Virus record (IMG/VR): IMGVR_UViG_3300003690_000059
Coordinates: 1 to 52,664 of that record
Length of the DNA: 52,664 nucleotides
Source of the DNA: a virus
Lineage: Duplodnaviria > Caudoviricetes
Reading direction: 5' to 3' (one strand)
Shown here: in pieces, positions 1 through 7,768 of the stretch
How positions within the stretch are numbered: position 1 is the first letter of the stretch
How the letters are laid out: each line of letters begins with the position of its first letter
Notes under the pieces: generated by a model
The model's database searches: none
What the model saw: only the letters and a program-made list of their open reading frames with translations
What the model was told of the DNA's origin: nothing
Made by a program: the position numbers and the translations under genes

Positions 1-99
1 CTCATCGTATTCTGCTCCATTAGCTACGGAGGAGGTGTATTCTCGCTGAGATTCCCCTAATCCAACTAAAGCTACCGATGATCCTTTGAGATCAATCAT
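1..99 (-). CDS. Partial phage protein (N-terminus only, runs off the window edge)
   Basis: Manual translation from ATG at 99: MIDLKGSSVALVGLGESQREYTSSVANGAEYDE..., open to base 1; Rossmann-like 'VALVGLG' start. Confidence 0.6.
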   Translation of the reverse strand, partial: MIDLKGSSVALVGLGESQREYTSSVANGAEYDE

Positions 100-136
100 A
101 AATTACTATACCTTACACAATAATTTTCATAAAGGT

Positions 137-781
137 TTATTGTACAGGGCGCCTAATACTGTCATAACGATATTCATCCTGAGTTTGCTTACCCTCCCCA
201 AAATTCTTTAAAGTCTGTATTGCCTCTATATATCTATCATTATATTGTTTTAATAAATCTGCTTCCCCCTTCATGAAAGTATAGGCTTCCACCAAGGCGC
301 CATACAGAAGGGCTAACTCCGCATTATCCCCAAGCCAACTAGTTCCATCGCTAGATGATGTAATTGAAGTTGGTCTATAAAAATAATGTAATTCAACGGA
401 ATAATCATCATCTGGTGTTGGAGCTACTAATAAAGTTGCATCATTCCAATCCCCATAATACAAAGGTTCTCCTGTAGTGGCGGGATTTGGCGTATAATCC
501 TGTAAAAAAGTTATATGCTTATACAGAAGAAACTTATTTTCAGAACTTACAACTACACTCAAGGAAAAGGGGGCTAAAAAAGCATCCGGTTTTGCTAAAA
601 ACTTATTTGAAGTAGTTAGGTTTCCAGACACATTCCTACGAAAAACATCAAGCTGGCATTCTTTTAAAATCCGTTCTTCAGAATTTAAAATAAACCTGGA
701 TAATTGATCAGTAAAAGTTGATTCAGTATTATCTGTATACTCCTGAATAGCAGCTTTTAATGTTGTAAAAGTATAAGCCAT
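137..781 (-). CDS. Virion head-tail adaptor / tail tubular-like protein
   Basis: 214 aa; 'APTPD..Y.VELHYFYRP' and 'LLYGALVEAYTFMKGE' pattern of podovirus connector proteins; lies in the structural operon. Confidence 0.6.
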   Translation of the reverse strand: MAYTFTTLKAAIQEYTDNTESTFTDQLSRFILNSEERILKECQLDVFRRNVSGNLTTSNKFLAKPDAFLAPFSLSVVVSSENKFLLYKHITFLQDYTPNPATTGEPLYYGDWNDATLLVAPTPDDDYSVELHYFYRPTSITSSSDGTSWLGDNAELALLYGALVEAYTFMKGEADLLKQYNDRYIEAIQTLKNFGEGKQTQDEYRYDSIRRPVQ

Positions 782-782
782 A

Positions 783-1283
783 TTAGGCGCTCACTGTCAC
801 AGGACCAGCCGAAGCTGCTGTACCCCCACCTGACACACTTCCTGTAGTAGCGGTGCCACTAGCGGCAGAAAAAGTATACCTATTGTCATCCACTTTAGTA
901 ATTGTATATCCCTCTGATTCTTCTATTGTGCTTGCTGTAAAGCTATCAAAACCAATAAGATTTCTGAAACGAACGATATCATCAGTACTTCTGCCATGAC
1001 CTGCCTCTGTTACAGTTATTACTGCGGAACCTGAAGAACCTGATTTAAAAGCATTTTGTTTTAATAGAACTTCTACTGCGGGTTCTGTTCTATCCGTAGA
1101 AGCATTTTTAAGAGCTTCGGGATCTACTATATTTTTAGCAATATCTAATTGTGGCTGCTTCTCCTCAAATTCTGAGGCAGCAACTCGAGATCCGTTCCAC
1201 TCAATACGCATTTCTCTATATGGAAAAGCTACTCCACTTCTATCGGAAATAAATAGAGCATATTTCCCAGAAGCATATGCCAT
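783..1283 (-). CDS. Virion structural protein
   Basis: 166 aa; 'YASGKYALFISDRSG..FPY.EM..EWNG' N-terminus and Ser/Thr/Gly-rich beta C-terminus; operon context. Confidence 0.55.
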   Translation of the reverse strand: MAYASGKYALFISDRSGVAFPYREMRIEWNGSRVAASEFEEKQPQLDIAKNIVDPEALKNASTDRTEPAVEVLLKQNAFKSGSSGSAVITVTEAGHGRSTDDIVRFRNLIGFDSFTASTIEESEGYTITKVDDNRYTFSAASGTATTGSVSGGGTAASAGPVTVSA

Positions 1284-1286
1284 TTA

Positions 1287-2186
1287 TTAAACCCTTAAAT
1301 AAGAAGCTGAAGGAACAAAATGTAATGCAACCTTTTCTCTATCTTCAAGTGAAGCATTCATAAATTCTTCATCATAAATTGCTTTTAACATTGGTACCAT
1401 TTGTGGCTTTCTTTTCACAGCAATATAATAAGCCAACCCTGAAGCCAGACAGGGCAAAAATCTAAACGGTACATTTGCATTATTAACCGAAGCATCAATA
1501 TCTTCAATTTTAATGAATCTATAATAAATAATTTGATCTGTGGAATTTTCTGGTGTTGGCCAAATTGTAATAGTTGGTGTTATTTGTCTATTTATGAAAA
1601 ACTTATTTGGCCTAGCTTGCTCAGTTTTTTTAGGAATATGTAAATATTCGGCACGGCCTATTCTTTCAATCTCAATATCCGTACTGTCCCTACGAATAAC
1701 TGCAGATAATACATCAACTGTTGATTGAACATCTACTAAACTAGGGTCTGAGGAAATAGTTGTACTTGCTGAGCTGCTAGAGCCAGTAATAGTTTCAGCA
1801 GCTGTGAACGAACCAGAAGGAACAGTGATGGTAATTGTTGTAGAAGTTGGTTTTGTTATAATTGAGGCCGTTGTTCCACTAGTTCCGCCAGTAATAGTTT
1901 CCCCAACGCTTAAATTTGTAGAAGCTCCTACTGTAGCAGTTATAGTACCAATTGGATATTCAGCTATAGAAGAAGTGCTGGAAAGTTGAGCTAAAGTTTG
2001 AGTAACTTCTTTTATTCTCCAAAGATTTATTCCCCTATTTGCCCAATCTGCTAACATTAAATTCAATGAGCGACGAGCAGTTCGAGCATCGTAACCAGTT
2101 CTTAATTCTAAGCCACACCGTTCAAATGCTTCTTCAATAATTTCTGCAGTATCTATAGTGAAGTCCGTAGACCCTGAGGTAGCCAT
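1287..2186 (-). CDS. Virion connector/adaptor protein with Ser/Thr-rich insertion
   Basis: 299 aa; 'IIEEAFERCG...GYDARTARRSLNLMLADWANRGINLW' and 'VPFRFLPCLASGLAYY' motifs of phage neck proteins. Confidence 0.65.
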   Translation of the reverse strand: MATSGSTDFTIDTAEIIEEAFERCGLELRTGYDARTARRSLNLMLADWANRGINLWRIKEVTQTLAQLSSTSSIAEYPIGTITATVGASTNLSVGETITGGTSGTTASIITKPTSTTITITVPSGSFTAAETITGSSSSASTTISSDPSLVDVQSTVDVLSAVIRRDSTDIEIERIGRAEYLHIPKKTEQARPNKFFINRQITPTITIWPTPENSTDQIIYYRFIKIEDIDASVNNANVPFRFLPCLASGLAYYIAVKRKPQMVPMLKAIYDEEFMNASLEDREKVALHFVPSASYLRV

Positions 2187-2374
2187 TAAGTTACCCTTGT
2201 TTTATAACGATTAAATTTATCTCCTGTGGCAACAACCGTTTTCTGTTGTTTTGCTCTAGGATCTACTCCCATATTTGTTTTAGAAGTTTGTACAGGGCCT
2301 CCCCTATGATAGCGGGAAAGAGATTGATACCGTGAAGACTTCTTTTTAGGCGGTAACTTTATTGATTTCGGCAT
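2186..2374 (-). CDS. Small basic hypothetical protein
   Basis: 62 aa Lys/Arg-rich ORF; stop overlaps the next start codon. Confidence 0.55.
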   Translation of the reverse strand: MPKSIKLPPKKKSSRYQSLSRYHRGGPVQTSKTNMGVDPRAKQQKTVVATGDKFNRYKTRVT

Positions 2375-2375
2375 A

Positions 2376-2777
2376 CTAGAAATCCTTTATACACTCTACG
2401 ACGATAACATAAACATCTCCACTAGTATGTCCAGTTGTTGTAAACTGAACATCCCCTGTTTTGCCACCACCAGAATAATTTCTTAGTCCATCAAAACTAG
2501 AGAAATCAATAAACCCAGTATCATCTATTTTACAATCCCAAGCTGCAACATCAGTGGAAGCATCCCACAAAATTCGAACAGACATTCCTACTGTTCGCCA
2601 CCAAATTTTATTGATACGAACCGCTGAACAACTTCTGCCTTTATTGGTTGAAGCAAGAGCAGAAACGTCAATTTTAGTTACCGCAGATTCACCTGAGCCA
2701 TCACTAGTATTGGTGAATTGGGCAATATAAAACCGGCTCCCGTCCTCAATGACTGTTGTAGATACCGCATCAGCCAT
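2376..2777 (-). CDS. Putative virion structural protein
   Basis: 133 aa beta-rich ORF with AGGAGG RBS, downstream of the capsid genes. Confidence 0.55.
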   Translation of the reverse strand: MADAVSTTVIEDGSRFYIAQFTNTSDGSGESAVTKIDVSALASTNKGRSCSAVRINKIWWRTVGMSVRILWDASTDVAAWDCKIDDTGFIDFSSFDGLRNYSGGGKTGDVQFTTTGHTSGDVYVIVVECIKDF

Positions 2778-2788
2778 AAAAACCTCCT

Positions 2789-2823
2789 ATTAGGATGGAG
2801 GGGGCAAAGCCCCCCCATCCAAT
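2789..2823 (-). promoter_or_regulatory. Long intergenic hairpin next to the RBS of 2376..2777
   Basis: ATTGGATGG-GGGGC/TTT/GCCCCC-TCCATCCAAT inverted repeat on the minus strand; no U-tract. Confidence 0.45.
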
Positions 2824-2832
2824 TACTCAAGT

Positions 2833-3348
2833 TTAACTATCCGCGAAAGGAGTTGCGATTGTTCCAGAACCAATTAGAACGCCCTGAACAAGATATTCAT
2901 CATCTTCAATAGCAGTGATTTCAAGATAAGAAAACTTGTCTCCACCCAGCGTTGAGCCATTCATAGAAATTACATCATTCGATGCAGCGGGTATGAAAAC
3001 TTTATAGCTTCCATCAGTAACACCGATAGCTAGAGAACCGAGGAATTTATCGGTGCCATCTGTTTTGATATCAAGATCGGTAGCGTCCGTTCCGATGAAA
3101 AATCTATAAACAGCCCCCATGTGACTATTTACATTTGGATCATCTGGTCCAGCAGCTGAACCCGTAGCATCGTCTTTGATAGTTGGTAGAGTTACTGCGC
3201 CATCAGCATCATTTATTTCCATGATACGACCAGCATGAGCAGCGAATGTAAGGGTTGTTTCAGAAGTAATGTTAATAACTGCGTCTGGTCCCGCTGTTAT
3301 AAATCCGCGCAGTGAGCGTACTGGTCCGGAAAAAGTCGATCGAGCCAT
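2833..3348 (-). CDS. Putative capsid decoration / capsid fibre protein
   Basis: 171 aa beginning 'MARSTFSGPVRSLRGF', immediately after the major capsid gene. Confidence 0.55.
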   Translation of the reverse strand: MARSTFSGPVRSLRGFITAGPDAVINITSETTLTFAAHAGRIMEINDADGAVTLPTIKDDATGSAAGPDDPNVNSHMGAVYRFFIGTDATDLDIKTDGTDKFLGSLAIGVTDGSYKVFIPAASNDVISMNGSTLGGDKFSYLEITAIEDDEYLVQGVLIGSGTIATPFADS

Positions 3349-3362
3349 AATATAGTATCCTT

Positions 3363-3422
3363 CTTACGAAAGGTTTAACCCTAGAGTCTTCGTAAGTGTC
3401 TGCTGGATCAGTCGCTAGGGTT
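3363..3422 (-). ncRNA. Candidate cis-regulatory pseudoknot RNA in the leader of 2833..3348
   Basis: AACCCUAG/CUAGGGUU stem; loop CUUACGAAG pairs 9 bp with downstream UUUCGUAAG overlapping the SD. Confidence 0.45.
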
Positions 3423-3431
3423 GTGAATTCC

Positions 3432-3461
3432 AGAAAAGGGGGAGGAGAATTTCTCCCCCCC
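3432..3461 (-). terminator. Rho-independent terminator after the major capsid gene
   Basis: GGGGGGGAGA-AAT-TCTCCTCCCCC followed by TTTTCT. Confidence 0.7.
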
Positions 3462-3469
3462 AATTTTTA

Positions 3470-4378
3470 CTACGCTCCTGGAGACCCGTAAATACCGCGA
3501 GGGTCAGACCATCCAAAACTGTAACGCTCACGGGCTTTATACCGTACATTACCAGTATCGAAATCACCTTCCATTGCCGTACGAATCGGAGTTCTCTGGA
3601 AATGCTTCAATCCATTTGGAGCATCTGTCATTAGAAACCAAGCGTCAGTGTCGGTGAGAAAATGATTCACAGCGTAACCCTGTGGAACCATTCCTATATT
3701 ACGGATAGCATTGATATCATTATCCGCAGTTCCAACACGAAGTTGGGATGAAAGAAGACGATCCACTACGAATTGAAGATTAGCAGGAACAATTAGTTTC
3801 ATACCTTTGAGAGCAACATTGAGTCCTCGCTCATCGACAAAATCGCTAATATCGATGAGTCCGTTTTCAAGAGAAGTCTCATTCAAGTCAGCTGCCGTAG
3901 AGGGTTCATTACGAAATGTATTACCGCTCTGAAGAGTATGAGCAGTAGAACAAAGTTCCAAACCATCGCCGCCAGTGTAAGTGCTATCAAATGCATTATT
4001 CAGCACAGAAGCACCTTTGACTTGTTTAGTATGAGCCATTGAACGCGCAAGCGCCCGCGTATACCGAGAAGAAAGGCGATCATAGAGATTATCTTCAACC
4101 GCTTCTTCAGTGAGAGCAAAAGCAAGAGCAATTGTCTCATTTGTATAACGAGCAGTATAGACTTCTTGTGCACTATCGAAAGTGACAGCAGAACCCTCAC
4201 TTTTGGTAGGTGCAGATCCGAAACCTGCCAACATAACCTCTTCTTCAAATGCACGATCTGAAGATTCAGTTATGAAGATTTCTGCGTGTTCGTTTTCGTA
4301 CCTAGCATACTCAAGGCCAAAGAGAGCATTGAGACCAGGCTCTAGTTCTTTTACGAGTTGTGCTCGTGAAATAGCCAT
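3470..4378 (-). CDS. Major capsid protein
   Basis: 302 aa; 'MAISRAQLVKELEPGLNALFGLEY...GDFDTGNVRYKARERYSFGWSDPRGIYGSPGA' pattern of a widespread aquatic-phage MCP family; follows scaffold; GAGG RBS; followed by terminator. Confidence 0.9.
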   Translation of the reverse strand: MAISRAQLVKELEPGLNALFGLEYARYENEHAEIFITESSDRAFEEEVMLAGFGSAPTKSEGSAVTFDSAQEVYTARYTNETIALAFALTEEAVEDNLYDRLSSRYTRALARSMAHTKQVKGASVLNNAFDSTYTGGDGLELCSTAHTLQSGNTFRNEPSTAADLNETSLENGLIDISDFVDERGLNVALKGMKLIVPANLQFVVDRLLSSQLRVGTADNDINAIRNIGMVPQGYAVNHFLTDTDAWFLMTDAPNGLKHFQRTPIRTAMEGDFDTGNVRYKARERYSFGWSDPRGIYGSPGA

Positions 4379-4390
4379 TTCTCAATCCTC

Positions 4391-5035
4391 CTATACGCCA
4401 GCTGAATCGGTTGTACCAGCTACAATAGCACCATTCGGACTATTGAAGTGGTTATTCAACCTAACTATAGCACCAACCCCCGCAGCAGAAAAATCATTGT
4501 TTGAGGGGTCTTCTTCCCAACCCATGATACGCAAATTCAGCGTCTTGGTTGCGGCGATTGTACTAATAGCCAAAGCTGCCGAAGACATGCCAGTGGTTGT
4601 GCTACCACTTGTTCCGCTAGAGAAATTTGCATTAGCAAATACCCCAGCTCTGGCAGTCGCTTTACTAGTCCATGAGGCATCCGTTGCAACTACAAAAAGT
4701 TGCATCGGATCATCTGCTACAAATGCTTCCACCGGATGGCTAGTATTTGCACCAGATCCAGGCCAATAGTTACTCCATGTGGGTTTCCCCGTGGTGCTTG
4801 AGACATATTTACAACCCATGAAACTACCAACTATACCAACAGTACCACCCGCCGCAGCACCCACAACGTCAATATATCCTGTAGAAAGAGGAATGACTGG
4901 AGTGCCGAAGTAGATGACATTGCTGTTACCACTAGCAATTTCATATTGCGTATATCCCGAAACACCCATGGAATTGGAATTCTGTCCCACTTTAGCAACA
5001 GGACGAAGCCCAAATGCTCCATTAATGTTCGCCAT
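4391..5035 (-). CDS. Capsid-associated (decoration/cement) protein
   Basis: 214 aa Gly/Ala/Thr-rich, starts 'MANINGAFGLRPV', directly upstream of MCP. Confidence 0.6.
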   Translation of the reverse strand: MANINGAFGLRPVAKVGQNSNSMGVSGYTQYEIASGNSNVIYFGTPVIPLSTGYIDVVGAAAGGTVGIVGSFMGCKYVSSTTGKPTWSNYWPGSGANTSHPVEAFVADDPMQLFVVATDASWTSKATARAGVFANANFSSGTSGSTTTGMSSAALAISTIAATKTLNLRIMGWEEDPSNNDFSAAGVGAIVRLNNHFNSPNGAIVAGTTDSAGV

Positions 5036-5066
5036 TTAACGCTCCTTAGAACTATTTTCCATAGTT

Positions 5067-5537
5067 CTATTCTCTAGATGTTCCACCAAAAGATACTCTG
5101 CTGCTTCTCTCTCTCGAAATAGGCATAGCAGGATGCTGCTCTCGCATAAGATCATTATCGACGGCTGTCATTTGATCACCCGTTTTTGCTTTAAAATAAT
5201 CTGTGCGAGATTTAGCGACTTCAATGGGAAGTCGAGCCAGTATTAAGCCACCAACTCCAATAACCCCTTCAAACCTACCTTCGTCAATAGTTGCACATTC
5301 AAAATCTGGATATTCGTCAGCCCTGACAGGTTCATATCCTTCTCGAATTCTTTTAGAAACATTAGGTTTATCATCTTTACCTAAAATTTCAGTGCGAATC
5401 CAACGATGAATATACCCATCTGGAGCTGGCGGTGCATCCAATATTGAAGGAGGTCGCCATGATGTGGGTCTTGTAGACTTTTCTCTAGTTGTGGCAGCGC
5501 GAGGTGGTGCTTTGGGGGTATCAGGCATGACTTTCAA
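5067..5537 (-). CDS. Conserved head-module protein of unknown function
   Basis: 'WRPPSILDAPPAPDGYIHRWIR...REGYEPVRADEYPD...IGVGGLILAR'; lies between scaffold and capsid genes; real start probably ATG 5528. Confidence 0.65.
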   Translation of the reverse strand: MKVMPDTPKAPPRAATTREKSTRPTSWRPPSILDAPPAPDGYIHRWIRTEILGKDDKPNVSKRIREGYEPVRADEYPDFECATIDEGRFEGVIGVGGLILARLPIEVAKSRTDYFKAKTGDQMTAVDNDLMREQHPAMPISRERSSRVSFGGTSRE

Positions 5538-6444
5538 TTTCCTTTACTTGCCTCGCGTATTCTTCGAGGGGCACACCTAATTTATTAGCAATACTGACTT
5601 GGCTAGGTGTGAGTTTTATGGTGTTGCGTCCAGAGTTTTTTGCAGCGCGGTTGGCAGAAGCCACCCTTTGGACTGATTGGCGACCACTGTTTTTCGCTGA
5701 AGATGGAGTCACCTCTACTGCTGCTTCCTCTGAACCAGCAAATTTATGAGGAAACTCTTCACGGATCCTACTATCTATAGTTGAATAGTAGTGATCCGAA
5801 TTTGGGTCCATACCCTGCTCCACTAGTTGTTTGTGAATAGCAAAAGCAGTATATGTCATTGGTTCATCTGCTCCAAACCAAGAATTTCTTCGCGCCCATT
5901 CCTGAGATTTAGGATCAGGGGGCCGAAGTGGCATTGTTTGCATTTGTTGAGGAGCAGCTTTAAAAGCAGGTATTTGATTATTTAAGGTTGCATTTTCAAC
6001 TGAAAGACGAGAAAGGTCTTGCGTTGCACTTACTAATTCTTCAACATCTCCACTTTCATAAGCAGAACTGTACCGTTTTTTCGCTGATTCTAAATCAGTT
6101 GAAACCCGTCCGGCATATTCCTTACCGGCATATTCATTTAACGATTGGTGTTGTTTTTGTAAATTATCATTTTGAGATTTGATACTTCGTGCATAATCTA
6201 AAGCTGCTTGTTCCCGTCTTTCAGATTCACGAAACTTAGCGGTCAGCTTATCAATCCGTTTACGAACTCCTACACTATAGGTTTTTAGTTCTTCTTCGGA
6301 AGGCAGCTCATCAGAATCAACATCAAATTCCGCATTTCTCATAGAATCTTCTACAGAAGATTCCTCATCTTCAGACGATTCCGCAGAAATATCGATCTCT
6401 ACAGAAGATTCTTCTTCTAATTCAATCATATTCTCTTTTGGCAT
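5521..6444 (-). CDS. Capsid scaffolding protein
   Basis: 307 aa; acidic N-terminus, coiled coil, C-terminal 'LTPSQVSIANKLGVPLEEYARQ'. Confidence 0.7.
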   Translation of the reverse strand: MPKENMIELEEESSVEIDISAESSEDEESSVEDSMRNAEFDVDSDELPSEEELKTYSVGVRKRIDKLTAKFRESERREQAALDYARSIKSQNDNLQKQHQSLNEYAGKEYAGRVSTDLESAKKRYSSAYESGDVEELVSATQDLSRLSVENATLNNQIPAFKAAPQQMQTMPLRPPDPKSQEWARRNSWFGADEPMTYTAFAIHKQLVEQGMDPNSDHYYSTIDSRIREEFPHKFAGSEEAAVEVTPSSAKNSGRQSVQRVASANRAAKNSGRNTIKLTPSQVSIANKLGVPLEEYARQVKEIESHA

Positions 6445-6502
6445 GGTTCCTGTTCCCCATGTTTCATGCTAAAATAAACCCACATATTTTAAAAGTAAAG
6501 TA

Positions 6503-6910
6503 TTATGTATGTACTAAATATGTAGGATCATCAATAGTTCCTAAAATTTCATCCTCATTCAATATTCGTAATTCTCCTCCTTCAATTTTTAATCTAGACC
6601 CAGCATATCTGGCAAAAATTACCCAGTCATTCTTTTTACACCAAGCACCATTTGGGTAACGCTCTTTATCAGAATATGCATCTGGGCCAATGGCAAGAAC
6701 ACAACCCACTACAGTAGCTATGCGTTCTCGTTCTAAAACATCATCGGGTATTTCTATCCCACCTTTTGTAGTTGAAGGAGATTCATAAGGCATGATAAGA
6801 AGCCTCCAACCCACAGGGACTGGAAGTTTTTTTGAATCTGTCTCAGTTTTTTCTTTCTCACGCATCTTGATCAAACGCTCTGGGACGTATAACATGGCGG
6901 TCACTTTCAT
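6503..6910 (-). CDS. groES: Co-chaperonin GroES-like protein
   Basis: 'PVGWRLLIMP...TKGGIEIP...VLAIGPDAY...DWVIFARYAG...ELRILNEDEILG' matches the Cpn10 pattern. Confidence 0.85.
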   Translation of the reverse strand: MKVTAMLYVPERLIKMREKEKTETDSKKLPVPVGWRLLIMPYESPSTTKGGIEIPDDVLERERIATVVGCVLAIGPDAYSDKERYPNGAWCKKNDWVIFARYAGSRLKIEGGELRILNEDEILGTIDDPTYLVHT

Positions 6911-7091
6911 CTCCTTTCTTTAAAAATTCTTTTATCTCTTGGTCAACAAGACCTAGAGCCGAAATTTCACCCATTAGATTTCTGTATTGTGCCATATCAG
7001 AAAGTTCATTATTAAGCAAAATCTCGCTTATTTGAGATTCTCTATCTCTAATAACTTTTAGTAGTCTGTCACAAAACCAAAGGTCATCCAT
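6858..7091 (-). CDS. Hypothetical protein (head module)
   Basis: 77 aa helical ORF 'MAQYRNLMGEISAL', translationally coupled to neighbours. Confidence 0.55.
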   Translation of the reverse strand: MDDLWFCDRLLKVIRDRESQISEILLNNELSDMAQYRNLMGEISALGLVDQEIKEFLKKGDESDRHVIRPRAFDQDA

Positions 7092-7357
7092 TAAAGAACT
7101 CCTTCAAATTTCAGACCTTTAGTAGCGGCTCCCCCCCCACGAGCTTTTCTTTTTGAACCGCCTTTGGGTTCAGGGTTGAAAGTTTTTGATTTAACATTTT
7201 CCCCTACTTCCATGGGTTTGGGGGAAAGAACACGCATACCATCAACTGTAAATCTTTCAGTTTGGTAAATTATAGGTACTGCACTTACTTGCTTAATATC
7301 AGACATCCGACCTCCTTTTGCACTTACAACCAGTGCATTTACATGGGTTACATCCAC
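7091..7357 (-). CDS. Small virion-associated hypothetical protein
   Basis: Ends 'ARGGGAATKGLKFEGVL', a tail seen in small head-module proteins of such phages; start uncertain. Confidence 0.55.
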   Translation of the reverse strand: MDVTHVNALVVSAKGGRMSDIKQVSAVPIIYQTERFTVDGMRVLSPKPMEVGENVKSKTFNPEPKGGSKRKARGGGAATKGLKFEGVL

Positions 7358-7768
7358 TCATTTTGATATTCCCTTAAATTTTTCAAAAGTCCGTAATCCA
7401 CCTAATCCTAGCATACCAAGTAGAACTGGCATCATTAGAGCCATATCTACTTCTGGTAACTGTACTAAATGACCTGTTTGCCCTAAAATAAAAGAGACTA
7501 TAGGTTGAATTACATAAGCATACGCCAGAGCGAAACCGCAAGTCCAACCTATGAACGGCCTCCAACCAGCAACAAAAATAGATCTATGTTGGCCCTCCGC
7601 CTTATTGATTTCAAGTTGGGCAAGATCTATCTTTGCTAAATGATCTGTCAGACTTGATTCAATTTCTCGTCTAGCCTTTTCAGCAGCTTCTTTGTCCTCT
7701 GGTAAAAATCGTCCTATAACATCACTGATGATAGGAAGTATCATGGGGAGGAGCGCAGCAATCATCAT
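7358..7768 (-). CDS. Holin of the 3-TM (GTA-holin-like) family
   Basis: 'IFVAGWRPFIGWTCG...LLGMLGLGGLRTFEKFKG' signature and hydrophobic segments. Confidence 0.8.
   Translation of the reverse strand: MMIAALLPMILPIISDVIGRFLPEDKEAAEKARREIESSLTDHLAKIDLAQLEINKAEGQHRSIFVAGWRPFIGWTCGFALAYAYVIQPIVSFILGQTGHLVQLPEVDMALMMPVLLGMLGLGGLRTFEKFKGISK

Noticed and set aside
3272-3463. 63-aa ORF after the major capsid gene
   Set aside because: Runs through the terminator and structured leader and overlaps the next gene out of frame
4182-4769. 195-aa + strand ORF and other + strand ORFs (e.g. 11419, 21883, 26927, 44598, 47630, 51782)
   Set aside because: Antisense shadows of well-supported minus-strand genes, with no motifs
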